A DNA stretch of 64,000 nt from positions 18,870,210 through 18,934,209 of the forward strand of contig NC_134030.1 in NCBI RefSeq assembly GCF_964204645.1. Direction: 5' to 3'. The position numbers were made by a program, and so were the translations under genes. Within the stretch, counting starts at the first letter, position 1; every line of letters starts with the position of its first letter. The DNA comes from Tubulanus polymorphus. Its lineage: Eukaryota > Animalia > Nemertea. The notes below the pieces were generated by a model, which worked only from the letters and a program-made list of their open reading frames with translations, was not told the origin of the DNA and did no database searches. Below, in pieces: positions 27,626 through 40,700 of this stretch.

Positions 27626-30600
27626 ATGGATCGATAAGGAGCGCTGTTTCTAGCGTCGCTGATCGTCTGGCGCGTTAACATCGCACACGCTGATCCGTCT
27701 GACTCTGTGACGATCAGTTCGTCTTGTAACAACACTTGGTACCCCGTCGATTCTACGTCCGGTTACATCGTTTCACCGAATTACCCGTCGTTAACGCGCG
27801 GTGTTGAATGTCGTTGGTTCGTCAACAGCTCTTTACCGGGAACTTTCAACATCAAACTATACTACGACATCGAGCCGTCGATATTCTGTAGTGCTGACTA
27901 CCTTCTCGTTGATGGTTCGGATAACAGATTCTGCGGCGAAGGAGAATATGGCATCCGCCGTAACGGTTTGATCTCGCCGTTGTTGTTTAGGAGTAACGTC
28001 GATGGTGCGCGAGGCAGTCGGGTTTATATAACATATCGTTATGAACGAAATCGATTGAAAGTCAGCTGTGGTTTGACATTTACTACTCCCAGATTCAAGG
28101 AAATTATTACATCGGAGGGATACAAATATTCTATAAGCCATCTAGAGAATTGTCGTTTGTTCCGGGAATGGATGGGGATGCCATATGGTTTCGCGATGAA
28201 CCTGACTTTGGTCAAGATTAGGGTTAGAATGGAATTTCTTGCTGATCCCGCGACGACTGGTCAAATCTACGACGGATGGAACAGCAGCAGTGAACCTATA
28301 GCTCTCATACCAGTACAAACCGGTCATCCAGCTTCATCATTCTATACTAAGACAAGTAAAACTATTATCTCTCTGCTTGAATATAAACTGAATTTCGATT
28401 TTCAACTTTTGGTTCAGATGTATAAAATATCAGATTGGAACGTCACTAATCCGTTAATCCAAATCTCTAATGACGAGTCTGGAGTGCTCATTCCTGATGA
28501 CAACAGTTTACACGTAATAACCCGATCGAAACACTTACGCTGCTGGTCTATCACAGTGCAGGTGTTACCGTACGTCGTCTTCAACTGGACACGTGATCTC
28601 AGCACATCCGGTGACGTCATTGGTGTATATAAACTAGAAGGGTTACGCGTTGTAGGAACTGATATTTTACTCGGTTACAACTACCTGGAATCACTGAGTG
28701 TTAAATCTGACGGCTTTCTCGTCATACTGTGCGTTTTGATGAGCGCTGATGTGATGATGTCGAAACTAAAAATATCCTACAAAATCAATTCACTAACAAT
28801 AGGTTATTTACACGTTGGGAAATCAGTGGTAAGTACTTCGTCGTGATATCTGTATTGTCGGTATTTACTTCACGATATTAAACTGCGTTCAGCAATTATT
28901 TCTTTCGAAAAATCAAAATGATGATGAAATGTAAGATTATTTCACATCGATATGTATCCTGTGCACGTTTAGTTTTAATGAAATGCACCCATCCAAATTG
29001 TCGTTCATATGAATCTACTTTTTGAAACGTACAACGAGCATATAATATTTTAAGAAGCGATGGAACGTTCATATGATGTTGTTTGTTGTCACAGGTACGC
29101 GACCCGGAGGAATGTTTACAATCATTCAGGCTATTTCCGTTTGTAAAAAGAAAAACGTTGACCTATCGAGTGATCGAACATAAGTTGAAATGGCGAGTGG
29201 AAATATCGGAAAAACGATTTCAACTGGCTGTCTTATCGAGAAACTGCGAGCGAGCTGGATTTTATATATATGATGGTGGTAATTTTACAGCTAGACGCTA
29301 TGGTCCGTATTGTCCTGGTGATACCTATGGTCGGCCCGTCGTCAAGTTGATTACATCAGGAGGATCGGTTACTGTAGTAGGATACGCCTACGACTGGGAT
29401 AATCAGCTAACAGTCAAGACTAACAAACTTTCATGTATCATGCTTCGCGCTACTGAATGTGACGGGTATATGTTAAAGCAGGGAGAAAATCGCCTTAAAA
29501 CGACGTCAGACTGTATCGTGATTCTACCCGAAAACCGACGTCTTCCTTTGAGAAACATTTACATATTATCAGACCGCGAATATCAAATTGATCGATGTGC
29601 TCCGGAATATTTTATATTCGCCAAGTGCCGGCCCGATATGAATATCAGCAGTAGTTTTATTACGGGAAATACCTCAACAAGAACTCCTGTGTTAAACAAG
29701 GTATCATTTAATAGTCCTTATCCTTTTTTGAGACCTGAGCGATTTATCAAACTGAGACGAAAGTGCTATGGTACAAAAAGGGCCGGTCATAGCGGTTTAG
29801 TCCCTAAGGATGTGTGTGGACTTGTGCAATCGCCGAACTATCCGGGACCTGCCGGAATTACTGTTCAAAGAATATTCTATGCAGTCATTTATAAATATCA
29901 TTACGGAAAATTTCGTTATTACAAATTTGTAATCAAATACATTGAAATGATTGAATGCGTTAAACAATCCAGATTCTCTAAAGAAGCAGTGTTGTTCGTA
30001 CAATACGTAAGTGGAAAATTTACTAAAACCGAACACAAACAAACAATCTGTGGACGACACGCAGGGCATATACTTTACAGTCTGATGGCGTCCACACATG
30101 AGTTTCAAGTGACCAACAGAATCCCAACATTTCGGATACAATACATTCTACAAGAATCATTCCCAATAAAAGACCACGAGAATAAGTGTGAGGTGGGATT
30201 TCTATATTCGGGAATTTCATGCGTGAAATACATCACAGATGAACGATTGAATTGGGAGAATGCTGAATTGTACTGTAGACAGAAGTATGCGGGACATCTA
30301 CTAAGTATCAACTCAGAACAGGAGATGAATTCCATTAAAACGTTATTTGCTACAAAGCTTCTTTTAACTGCATATTCGAAGAGAGCACTCATTGTGTTGA
30401 TTGGATTGAAAAAACAGGTAAATCTAATTTAAGTTGCATAAAGGTATTGATAACATTATCGGGAGTTGGGATCTCAGAACATGAAATTTACGGGGGAATT
30501 AACGGCCTCAAGTCTTAACGGTCAAGTTTAATTTCGGCACTAACTGTTATTAGCCAATAATTTAGTTCGTACCAGACATTACGCATATTACTTTACAATT

Positions 30601-33600
30601 CTCTTTTTAGCCTGAAACCAGCTTTTACACGTGGACTGACGGCAAACCGTTGAGTTACACAGAGTGGTATAAACCAATAGATAACGACACGATACCGGAC
30701 GTACTTCAAGGGTTGATATCTTATGAAAGAAAACAACCGACAAATGACGTGAATATGCCGTGTACAGCGATGATACTGAATAATCCACGAGGATCAGCGA
30801 ACTGGGTTCGATTCCCGTGTCAAATAGAAGAGGTTCACGTGCGATTCTTTTGTGAATCGGAAAGAAATGATATCAATAAAAGTATGGCTGGGATAGAAAA
30901 TGATTCAAAACATAATATGATATCCCAAATTAAACAAGGTATTTTGAATAACAATACGCTGAATACAATGAGTGCAATAGGTTGGTTAGGTATAAATGGA
31001 CAATGTTATCAGGTACTGACACGTTGGGAAAATAAGGAAACTTTTGACGTGGTTAGTGCAAGAGAAATGTGCCGTGAGGTACGCGGGGAAATAGGTATAA
31101 TACAGGACTTGACGCAAGCCAAGGAGATGATTTTCAGATTTCGTTATCAGCATCAATATGGCGCTATATTAACTTTGGATTCTAGCAAGCAGTGGATGAT
31201 AATGAAGCCATTTGTTACCAGGGATGAAATTACTTACGATCAGTCGGTTAATTGGGTAATGATACCCTGGGAAAATGCAAATGACAAAATCCATTCTGTT
31301 TTGTGTTCCTATAATGTAACTGATGAAGAGTTGGCTTCTTTAAGTGGTTGTAAATCGTGGCAGTTTAAATGTAACGATCAAAGATGTATCAGCGACCATC
31401 GCGTATGTGATACCAGACACGACTGTCGACACGGCGAAGATGAACTCAGTTGTACGGATATAAATTCATACAGTCAGTTTCAATGCTTTGATGGTGAGAT
31501 TGTATCAATAAGTGGTTATTGTGATTTCATACAGGATTGTGTGGATGGTTCTGATGAGAATTCGTGTTTTCATGCCCCGTGTTTGTCCGAGGAATTTCGT
31601 TGCATCAGTGGTCAATGTGTCAGTGGGTCGAACAGATGTGACGGAGTAGCTAATTGTAATGACAACTCCGATGAAATTGAATGCACCTCTCAACTATGTC
31701 AGGGGTTCTTATGTAACAGTGGGGACTGTATCAGTTCTCAGTTGTATCAGGATGGAGTCGTGGATTGCACTGGAACTCTTGAGGAAGATGAATTAGTTAC
31801 GAATCCTTATATTACAGTGAATCCTACGATATATTGCAATATTGAACACCACTGTACGACTAACTTCACAAATCTCTGTACAGAATCTAATGAACAAAGA
31901 TGTTCTTTCGATTCTCCTCATTGCTATTCTAGACGTCACAGGTGTATTCTAGAACGAATGACAAATGGTTTCCCAGTTTGTAGAAACCTTGAGCACGTAT
32001 TGAAATGTGAAGAATTTGTATGCCCAGTTGGTACAGTGAAATGTCCAGCATCGTACTGTATACCTATCAGACAGGTGTGCGATGGTCGGTCAGATTGTCC
32101 TAATTCAGAAGACGAGCGAAACTGCGAGACTTTGTCATGTCCGGGAATGTTTAAATGTAGCCAGGAAAAGCGATGTATTCCACAGACTGAAGTTTGTGAT
32201 GGTGTTGTGAATTGTAAACGTACAACTGATGACGAGGCTTTCTGTAACGTCACGTGTCCTAAAGGTTGTGAATGTCAAGGGCATTCGATCAAATGCAACA
32301 ATTCTCGGCTCACATATGTAAATGGAATTTTCCAAGCATCAACGCGAATTTTGTCAAATAACCAAATTGTCTTGGACGTCTTTACATTTTCCCAATACGT
32401 TTATCTCCACATGCTCAACCTCACCGCCAATGAATTGTCTTACCTTTAACCAAACTCGTTCAAGAACCTGCATAACTTACATACATTAGACCTCACACAC
32501 AATAACATAACATCATTATCCACAAATACATTTACTGGTCTGTATAGTTTGAAAGAGTTATTCATAACTGAAAACCCACTACGTCGTTTAGAGGATGACA
32601 CCTTCCAAGATTTAAAGTCACTTCAAGTTCTTGATCTTCATGGACTTTCCTTGTTCGTGCTTGACAAATTCGTATTTAGAGGTCTATCTTCTCTACGATC
32701 GTTGAATATCAGTGGTAACAGAATACGTCGTATTTCACTATACGCATTTTTTGGATTAACTACACTTGAGACCCTCGATATAACCGATAATTACAAAGTC
32801 ATTTCTGTAGATAGACAAGTTTTTGACAATGTAACGACATTAGCATTTCTAACGTCTGATGCTTATAAATTTTGCTGCATGGCTCCGAATGTTGACCAGT
32901 GCCTTCCCGAAGCTGATCAATTTTCCTCCTGTTCAGATCTTATTGGGAATACAGCTCTCAGAGCTATCATCTGGGTCATCGCTTCATGTAGTTTCTTTGC
33001 TAACGGATTTGTCATTTCCCTTCGCATCCGAGCGATTCGATTCTCCTCCTCAAATCCATCCTCAGACATCATCATTATAAACGTTGCTTTATGTGATTTT
33101 ATGATGTCTATATATTTGTTTCTGATCGCTGGAGCCGATTACATGTATAAGGGAATCTACTTTCTCCATTCAGAATCGTGGACGGACAGTGCGCTGTGTC
33201 GTCTTGCCGGGGTCGTGGTATCTATTTCGTGTGAAGGCTCATTGACATTCTTGCTCATAATGACGCGTCATAGATATTCAAATATCGTTAATCCTTTTTC
33301 TGTGAGCCTGATTACATCTCCGAAGTACGTGTCCATTATTTGCTGTATATGTTGGGTTGTCCTGGGCATTATTGCATTACTACCTCTTACACCTGTCCCG
33401 TACTTCGGAAGCAATTTCTACGGCGCTACAGGGGTTTGTTTACCTATGAATTTGATTTCCATTGATGTCGATGCCTGGCATTATTCGTTCATTATTTTTT
33501 CTCTGTCTACGTCAGTCATACTTGCTACGATAATGGTGACTTACGCGCAAATGTACAGGCTTGTATCTGGAAGCAGGTCTGGTTCAGGAAGAGCTGATCC

Positions 33601-33853
33601 TACCGAACTGATTTTGGCCCGCAGAAGTTTGGTGATAAATCTTTGTAATGTAATTTGCTGGTTACCGTTAATTATCGTTCAGTTTTGCGCGGTATTTCGG
33701 GTGGAAATACCGAATCAGGTAGCGGCTTGGCTTGGGGTTCTTTTCTTACCAATCAACTCGTCCCTTAATCCCTTTTTATATACAATACTGACTATTGATA
33801 TAAAGTCCATACGAGCAAAAGCTATGCGCCAAATGAATTGGGTGAACAAATGA
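27626..33853 (+). pseudogene. GRL101-like GPCR copy 3 (exons 27626-28828, 29095-30417, 30611-33853) with two in-frame TAA stops
   Basis: TAA at codon 4 (27635-27637) and TTA>TAA at 32447-32449. ORFs 30650 and 32549 are in the same frame and the 7TM is otherwise complete. Confidence 0.85.
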
Positions 33854-33947
33854 AAAATGAAACATCTAGATTCCTTTCGCATAAGAATGCTGCATTTTTC
33901 TTTACATTCAACACAATTCTAGTTCTTGTAGTAGTCATACGCATGGT

Positions 33948-34092
<145 letters not shown>

Positions 34093-37000
34093 TCCGGTAA
34101 TGTTGGGTAGTTTCTCTTTTTTTTTTAAATCCAATTGTGATGCGTGTTTTATCATATTTCATCGGTTTGTAGATGGATTTTGACAGTGTTAGTAGGGCCT
34201 GGCTAGTATTTCAGCTATGTAAAATTCATTTGCAACATGAGATTGATATAGAAATCCGTGGCCAGTTTTTGCTGCGCGCATAGAAATTCAGGGTACTCAA
34301 CTTTAAAGCTAGTTTTTTTTTTTAAATAAATTTCCTTAAATTCTAGGAACTGTGCGCATTAACACAATTCAAGTGGAATTCATAGATATCTTGCCCAGTT
34401 TTCGTTGTTCTATGATTATTTAACTGCAGCGCGTCTATTGACATTCCGAGTTTCTGCGCTGTTTCAACTTTGTGTATTTTAGAATAAGGTGTTACTTGTT
34501 CTCATTTTCTGCTGTACCCGCAGATTGCAGCCAGCAAAATGACCCTTTACAATAACGGATATCCCAAGGTCACTTCGACTTAGTCTCAAATTTTATGTGA
34601 TAATCAAGCTAGTTTAGGCCTACCAGGGGTGCAATCATGTCGTCCACCAATCCGTCTACGAGAGAGGAGCGTATCGATCTGATTGTCAGCGTTAAATAAA
34701 AACGAACAGAGATTCGACTAATTAGATGTTAAATGGTGTTTTTATTGGATGTCATCTCGATGATAATAGCAGAGAAACTGACAATTGCTTTCAAGCAATT
34801 TAACACTCAATATTCGTCCCACGGACATTTTTCATGACAGGTACTTGGACAGTTTGCTTGGCAGGCATCCTTTTGTGCGGCGGGTGTTCGACATTTTACC
34901 CAGCAATTGTTGAGACAGATTTGACAATAATCAGGCTGCGCTGAATCAGCGCCACTAGCGACCATTGCGACCAGAGCTAAAACTACCAGAAACTGAAAAA
35001 GAGTATATTGTTACCAGAGCTGTACTTCCGCGGCTTATCAATGATGATTCCACAGTGGCTGCTCGCTCGAGAGTTCCACGCGTGCCAAGGGCTGACCCAC
35101 AAGGTAAAATATTGTGCAGTAGGACATAAACCACTTTGGCAATAGAGGATTCTACTTGTGGCAAGTAGGGTCCACCAGGTTTCGCTAGTGTGCAACTACT
35201 GTGGCGATAGTTTAAGATCCCACAGTGAAAAAGAAATCGATGAAAATAAAACAACAAAAGAATAGCTGCAAAGCGACGATAACGGGTTTTCTGCCAAAAT
35301 AAATGTTTTTGTCGGGGATTCGAGCCAAATATGATGACTATATTATATCGCGATGTAAGCCTTAAAATCACCTTCGATATCACAGGATTAGAACGTTCAC
35401 TATACGCGACACAATTCTATTTGTAGCGAATTCAAGTCATAGACGGCGGTGTCTTATTTTTACAAGTGGAAGCAAAATCTGAACCCGATAAGATGAATGG
35501 CACTGTTTGACAAAAAATATAACGAACAAATATTTGGTATCCGAAAATCTAATTAATTGCTGAATCTCGGAACCAAACTTTATCAATTCGGGCTTACAAA
35601 TTTCTAGAAATATCAAATGAGTAGGTAATGCGGTTTATGTGTTATAAGTATTATCAATTGTTCTTGTAATTGCCAAAGAGTTCGGTGGCCCTAATAAATC
35701 TATAATTAACATCAGTACACATGATGAAATACGTAAAAGACATAATAATCAAAATATCAAAACAGGACGTGTTTAGTGCTTCATAAAAATGACGACAATT
35801 TACAAATTGACTTACTAATTCAGAGAAATGGTTTGAAAGAAAAGTTTGCAAATCAACTTCCGGTCAGTTTTTTTTTGTAAGGTAACAACGCCAATATACT
35901 TTTAACGAAAATAGTGTGGAAAAAGGTAAGTAGACTGACGATGGAGAATGTGAAGAGAGTTTTCTGCGAAAGTCCATAAAATCCTAATTACCTTTGATGA
36001 CAACATGTTTTGCCGATATTGTAGATCTCAGATCCCTGGCGTTCGTGGAGTCAATGCGATGTGTTTTACTGCATGTGCGTTACGCAAAGACACGGGTGGA
36101 AAATAGCCGTTTGAATAATGGAGATTCGTTATTTGCTAAAACTGTTGAAATTGTGAAGATGATTCCCGACCACTCAGACGCACTCGGTATCGTCAATGTC
36201 AAATAATATATATCGTATTACATTGAAATCAGCAGCTGTGAAACGTACGTCCCTGAGCAGAAACTACCCCGTTGTCCTTGAGATGCTTATTCTGACGATT
36301 CCGCATAGTCTTCATCCATCCGTCCTCTGAAATGACACCATTCTTGAATCGTTGAATTCACCAAGAACGAGATGGTCATCATTAGCTGCTAATTATAATT
36401 TTACTGAATCGTTGATAGTCATCGAGAATGAAAGGGTTGTCATTTGGTAAATAATCATGATTTCGGTGAATCTTAAGAATCATGTAGAGTGAGAAGGCCA
36501 CAAATAACTGGTTATAATTTAACTGGAATTTACTTATTTCTATATAGTACGTATGTGAAACATCTGCTACTCAATTATCATGAATTCTGCGTCGATGTAT
36601 AGAACATGTTACTTGATATAAATATTCGATTTTAAAAAAGCAGCTGGTCATGTAAGTACAGCAATTATGATTGCAATTGATTCAGATGTACTTCGCATTA
36701 TTCCAATACCGTCGAGTTCACTTAAATTACTCTAATCAATATTCTGTTGGATGATTATTATTCGAACCGATTACTATGTTATTGAAACCCTTATCCCAAC
36801 ACGCACAGAATTAAATGAATTACGCATAGACTTTCGGTAGATTTTAGTACTACCAAACTTCGATGATTGATGTATTGACCTCCTTATCCTGTCCTATCCT
36901 GGTCGCGACAATGGTGTACACATTGTACAGCTATGCAGGCGGGTTTGTATCTTTATAAAAACAGACTGATGTTTTTTTTCCGATGCGGACAGTCGCAAAG

Positions 37001-37713
37001 ACGGACGGATCAACGGACTGACCAACAGACGCGGGCAAAAGTTAAGGTACCAAGTTCCCCGCTAAGTCCCCGGGACAAAGATATTGTTGCGGTAAACTTG
37101 CAGAGTATTGTTATAATTCTACGTTTATTCTACGTCTGCGAATCTTTGCATAATGAATTGAAGCTCAGTCGATTACGTCGCATCGAGTGGACATTCTATA
37201 CTTAACAACCCCTGAAAAACGGTTGAAGAAATCCTCTGAATTGCCGAGAAATTACAAACAAAAGTAGGTGTATACCTGTTTTGAAACACTCTGCATATAC
37301 TCGTAATGCATCAGCAAAAAATTGATATTCAGGAACGACTTGAACGAAACGAAAATAATTTTGAGTATTTCAAAGTATGATTGGGCATATCGAAATAATC
37401 ACGCGTGGAAACATGAAATTGAGAATTGCTGCTCAGAGCGATGGTGCCGTAATTACTAATATATTGATGTGTATGTCGGAGAGCTAGTACTAATGACAGA
37501 ACGGGGGAAAATATCATACGCGAGTTCGACAAAAATCAGCGGTTGAAAATAATTGCTAGATTTCTAAATTGCTGAGTGAAGCAAATAGATAATTTCAGTA
37601 GAAAGATACAATTGTTCATCATTTATGAGTGGAACCTGAAGATATGTGGGCAACCAAGCAGAATTTGAACAGTGAAGGAATTCCTTCATTCTGACGTGAA
37701 GAAGTTACTCTGT

Positions 37714-40700
37714 ATGGATCGATTGAGAGCGCTGTTTATAGCGTCACTGATCGTCTGGCGAGGTTTAATCGCACACGCTGATCTGTCTGACTCTGTGACG
37801 ATCAGTTCGTCTTGTCACAACACTTGGTTCCCCGTCGATTCTACGTCCGGTTACATCGTTTCACCGAATTACCCGTCGTTAACGCGCGGTGTTGAATGTC
37901 GTTGGTTCGTCAACAGCTCTTTACCGGGAACTTTCAACATCAAACTATACTACGACATCGAGCCGTCGATATTCTGTAGTGATAACTACCTTCTCGTCGG
38001 TGAGTCCGATAACAGATTCTGCGGTGAAGGAAAACATGAAATCCGCCGTAACGATTCGATGTCGTTGATGTTTAGGAGTAACGTCGATGGTGCGCGGGGT
38101 AGTCGGGTTTATATCACCTATCGTTATGAAAGAAGCCGATTGAGAATCAGTCATCGCTGCAGTGAATCTAATTTTCAAATGGATGAAATGAAAATGTCGA
38201 CAGGATACAAATTCACGATGTTGATGCGTGATGGTTGTCAGATCTTCCTGGAATGGGACGCCCTCTCGACTGGTTCAGCGTTGAATTTGACATTCGCAGA
38301 TTTTGACCTAAAACTCCCACCTTCTGTCGATCCAGCGTCAAGTTTTCGAATCAATGACGGCTGGAACACCAGCAGTGAACCGATAGCGCTTATGGGTGAA
38401 CAACGCGGACAGCAGCCGTCATCGTTTTATACTAAAACAAACAGTGCCGTTTTCAGTTTGCTACATGGGCATGAGGTTACCACAACACTATCAGTTCAGA
38501 TCTATAGAATGTCTGATTGGAACGTCTCTAATCCGTCAATTCGAATGTCTTATAACGAGTCCGGAGTCCTTATTCCAGACGACAACAGTTTACACGTAAT
38601 AACTCGATCAAAACACTTACACTGCTGGTCTATCACAGTGCAGGTGTTACAGTACGTCGTCTTCAACTGGACACGTGATCTCAGCACATCCGGTGACGTC
38701 ATTGGTGTATATAAACTAGAAGGCTTACGCGTTGTAGGAACTGATATTTCACTCGGTTACAACTACCTGGAATCACTGAGTGCTAATTCTGACGGCTTTC
38801 TCGTCATACTGTGCGTTTTAATAAGACCAGGTGTTTTACAGTCGAATGTAAAAATTGAATTTGAAGTTAAATCTATCTCTATAGGAGACGTACAAGTCTA
38901 CAAACCCAAGGTGAGTTAAGATGTCCACTCGGTTATAGCTAAATTTAATGTAACTTATTTTGTGAACCAAAGAATATACATCGTCAAACACCTTTTTTTC
39001 TAATTGCGATAAAGAATATTCAATTTCAAAACACGGTGCCCTCGCGGTGCAACTGATCGAAAAAGTATCTGAAAATTTTAATCAGCCGTTCATTAGTCAT
39101 TCATTTATCCTTCCCTTCCGAACGCAGAGCCGTCGGAAGGAATTTTTCAGTGGCGAGGCTTATCTCTGAAGGGTGGTCTGGGGGCCCTCCCCTAGAAAAA
39201 TTTTGAAAATTCAATCACCGGAGATGCGTTTTGGGGCCATTTCACGGTCTCATTCACAGAAGCATTTGAAGTCGTGAGCCAACCACCTAGTACAGAGAAC
39301 GACGAGCTGCTACGCGGTACAGCATGCTTTCGAAAAAAATTTTGTTAAGCAAAAAATTGGGGCGGCTTGGGCCGCCCCTTCCTCCCCTGTTCCGACGGCC
39401 CTGGAACGGATGAAATACCGTATGAAATATGGTATGAAATGACGTATGAATATGAAATAACTTCCAGTGAAGTGAGCGTTTGTCAGAGATGACGCCTGCT
39501 GACATAAACAATAAAGTTCTGAAATTACCCATTTAGAAATCACATTTCTCTGTAATGGCTAAAACAAAATTCGAACCAGTAGCATATTTGATATTTGTTT
39601 TAATATATCACATTTGACAATATACATTTTACGTAATATTTCGATGTTTCTTCTATTTACAGCGGCACCGCTGAAAGATATTTATGAATTCCTAATAGAA
39701 ACTAAACTCATTGATATTGTAGGTAAAGCGCGATCGGTTTATATCGTCAAACCCCTTTCCTTTTTCTAAGATGAGGTTTACGTATGGTGTATTCAAGTAT
39801 GAATTCGAATGGAAAGTTGAAATCTACGACATCGATCTGGAATTAGCGGTGCTGTCTGTGAATTGCAAAAATGCTGGATTTTATATATATGATGGTGGTA
39901 ATTTCACGGCTAGACGATACGGTCCGTATTGCCCCAGCCCATCGGGATATAGACGAAGCGTCGTCAGTCTGATTACATCAGGCGGCCCGGTGATCATGGT
40001 GGGCTATTCCATTAACAGTCAAATCCAGCACAAGGGCGGCGTGGTATTACGTCCGTCTGACTGTGACGGCTACGCGCTACGGGAAGGAGAATACAGCGTT
40101 ACAGTGCCGCTGACGTCACGCTGTTTCACGGTTTCACCCGAAAAACGAGACGTTCCATTACATCATAGTATCGACATATTATCACCGCACGAATATGAAA
40201 TGAACTCGTGTTTGCCTGATTTTATCTCGTCATATACGCCGTGTAGTCGTTATTTGTCTATCGATAGGCAGCGCCTCGAAAACAGTCTCGTACTGCACAC
40301 TGTTACAGTAAATGATACGCGCTTGTTCAGAAGACGCCCGTACATCATTGAATTGAGGCGCGTATGTCAAACGACGGATAGACGTAACAGACGGTTCGGC
40401 GATGCGGAATCGAATAAAGGCGACTGCGGAATCTTTCAGTCACCGAACTACCCGGCTTCAGTCGGATATTCGAGTAATACGATCAGATACAATCTCAAGT
40501 TCAAATGGAATACAGCCCCGATAGAGTTTTACCGATTCGTTATAAAATATATGGAAATAACACCGTGCATGAAAAGTTCAAAAGGGGTTCGATACTCAAT
40601 CTTTTACGTCGAGGTAATGAAATACAAAGACAGCGAGACGAAACATGGAGATAAACTATGCGGAATATACGCCCGAGCAGGATTACAGTTTTATAGTATC

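Noticed and set aside
27635-32449. Stop-codon readthrough or alternative genetic code rescuing copy 3
   Set aside because: TAA/TAG terminate the toxin, PFDN2 and intact GPCR genes normally, and the sister copies carry frameshifts, so simple decay is more likely.
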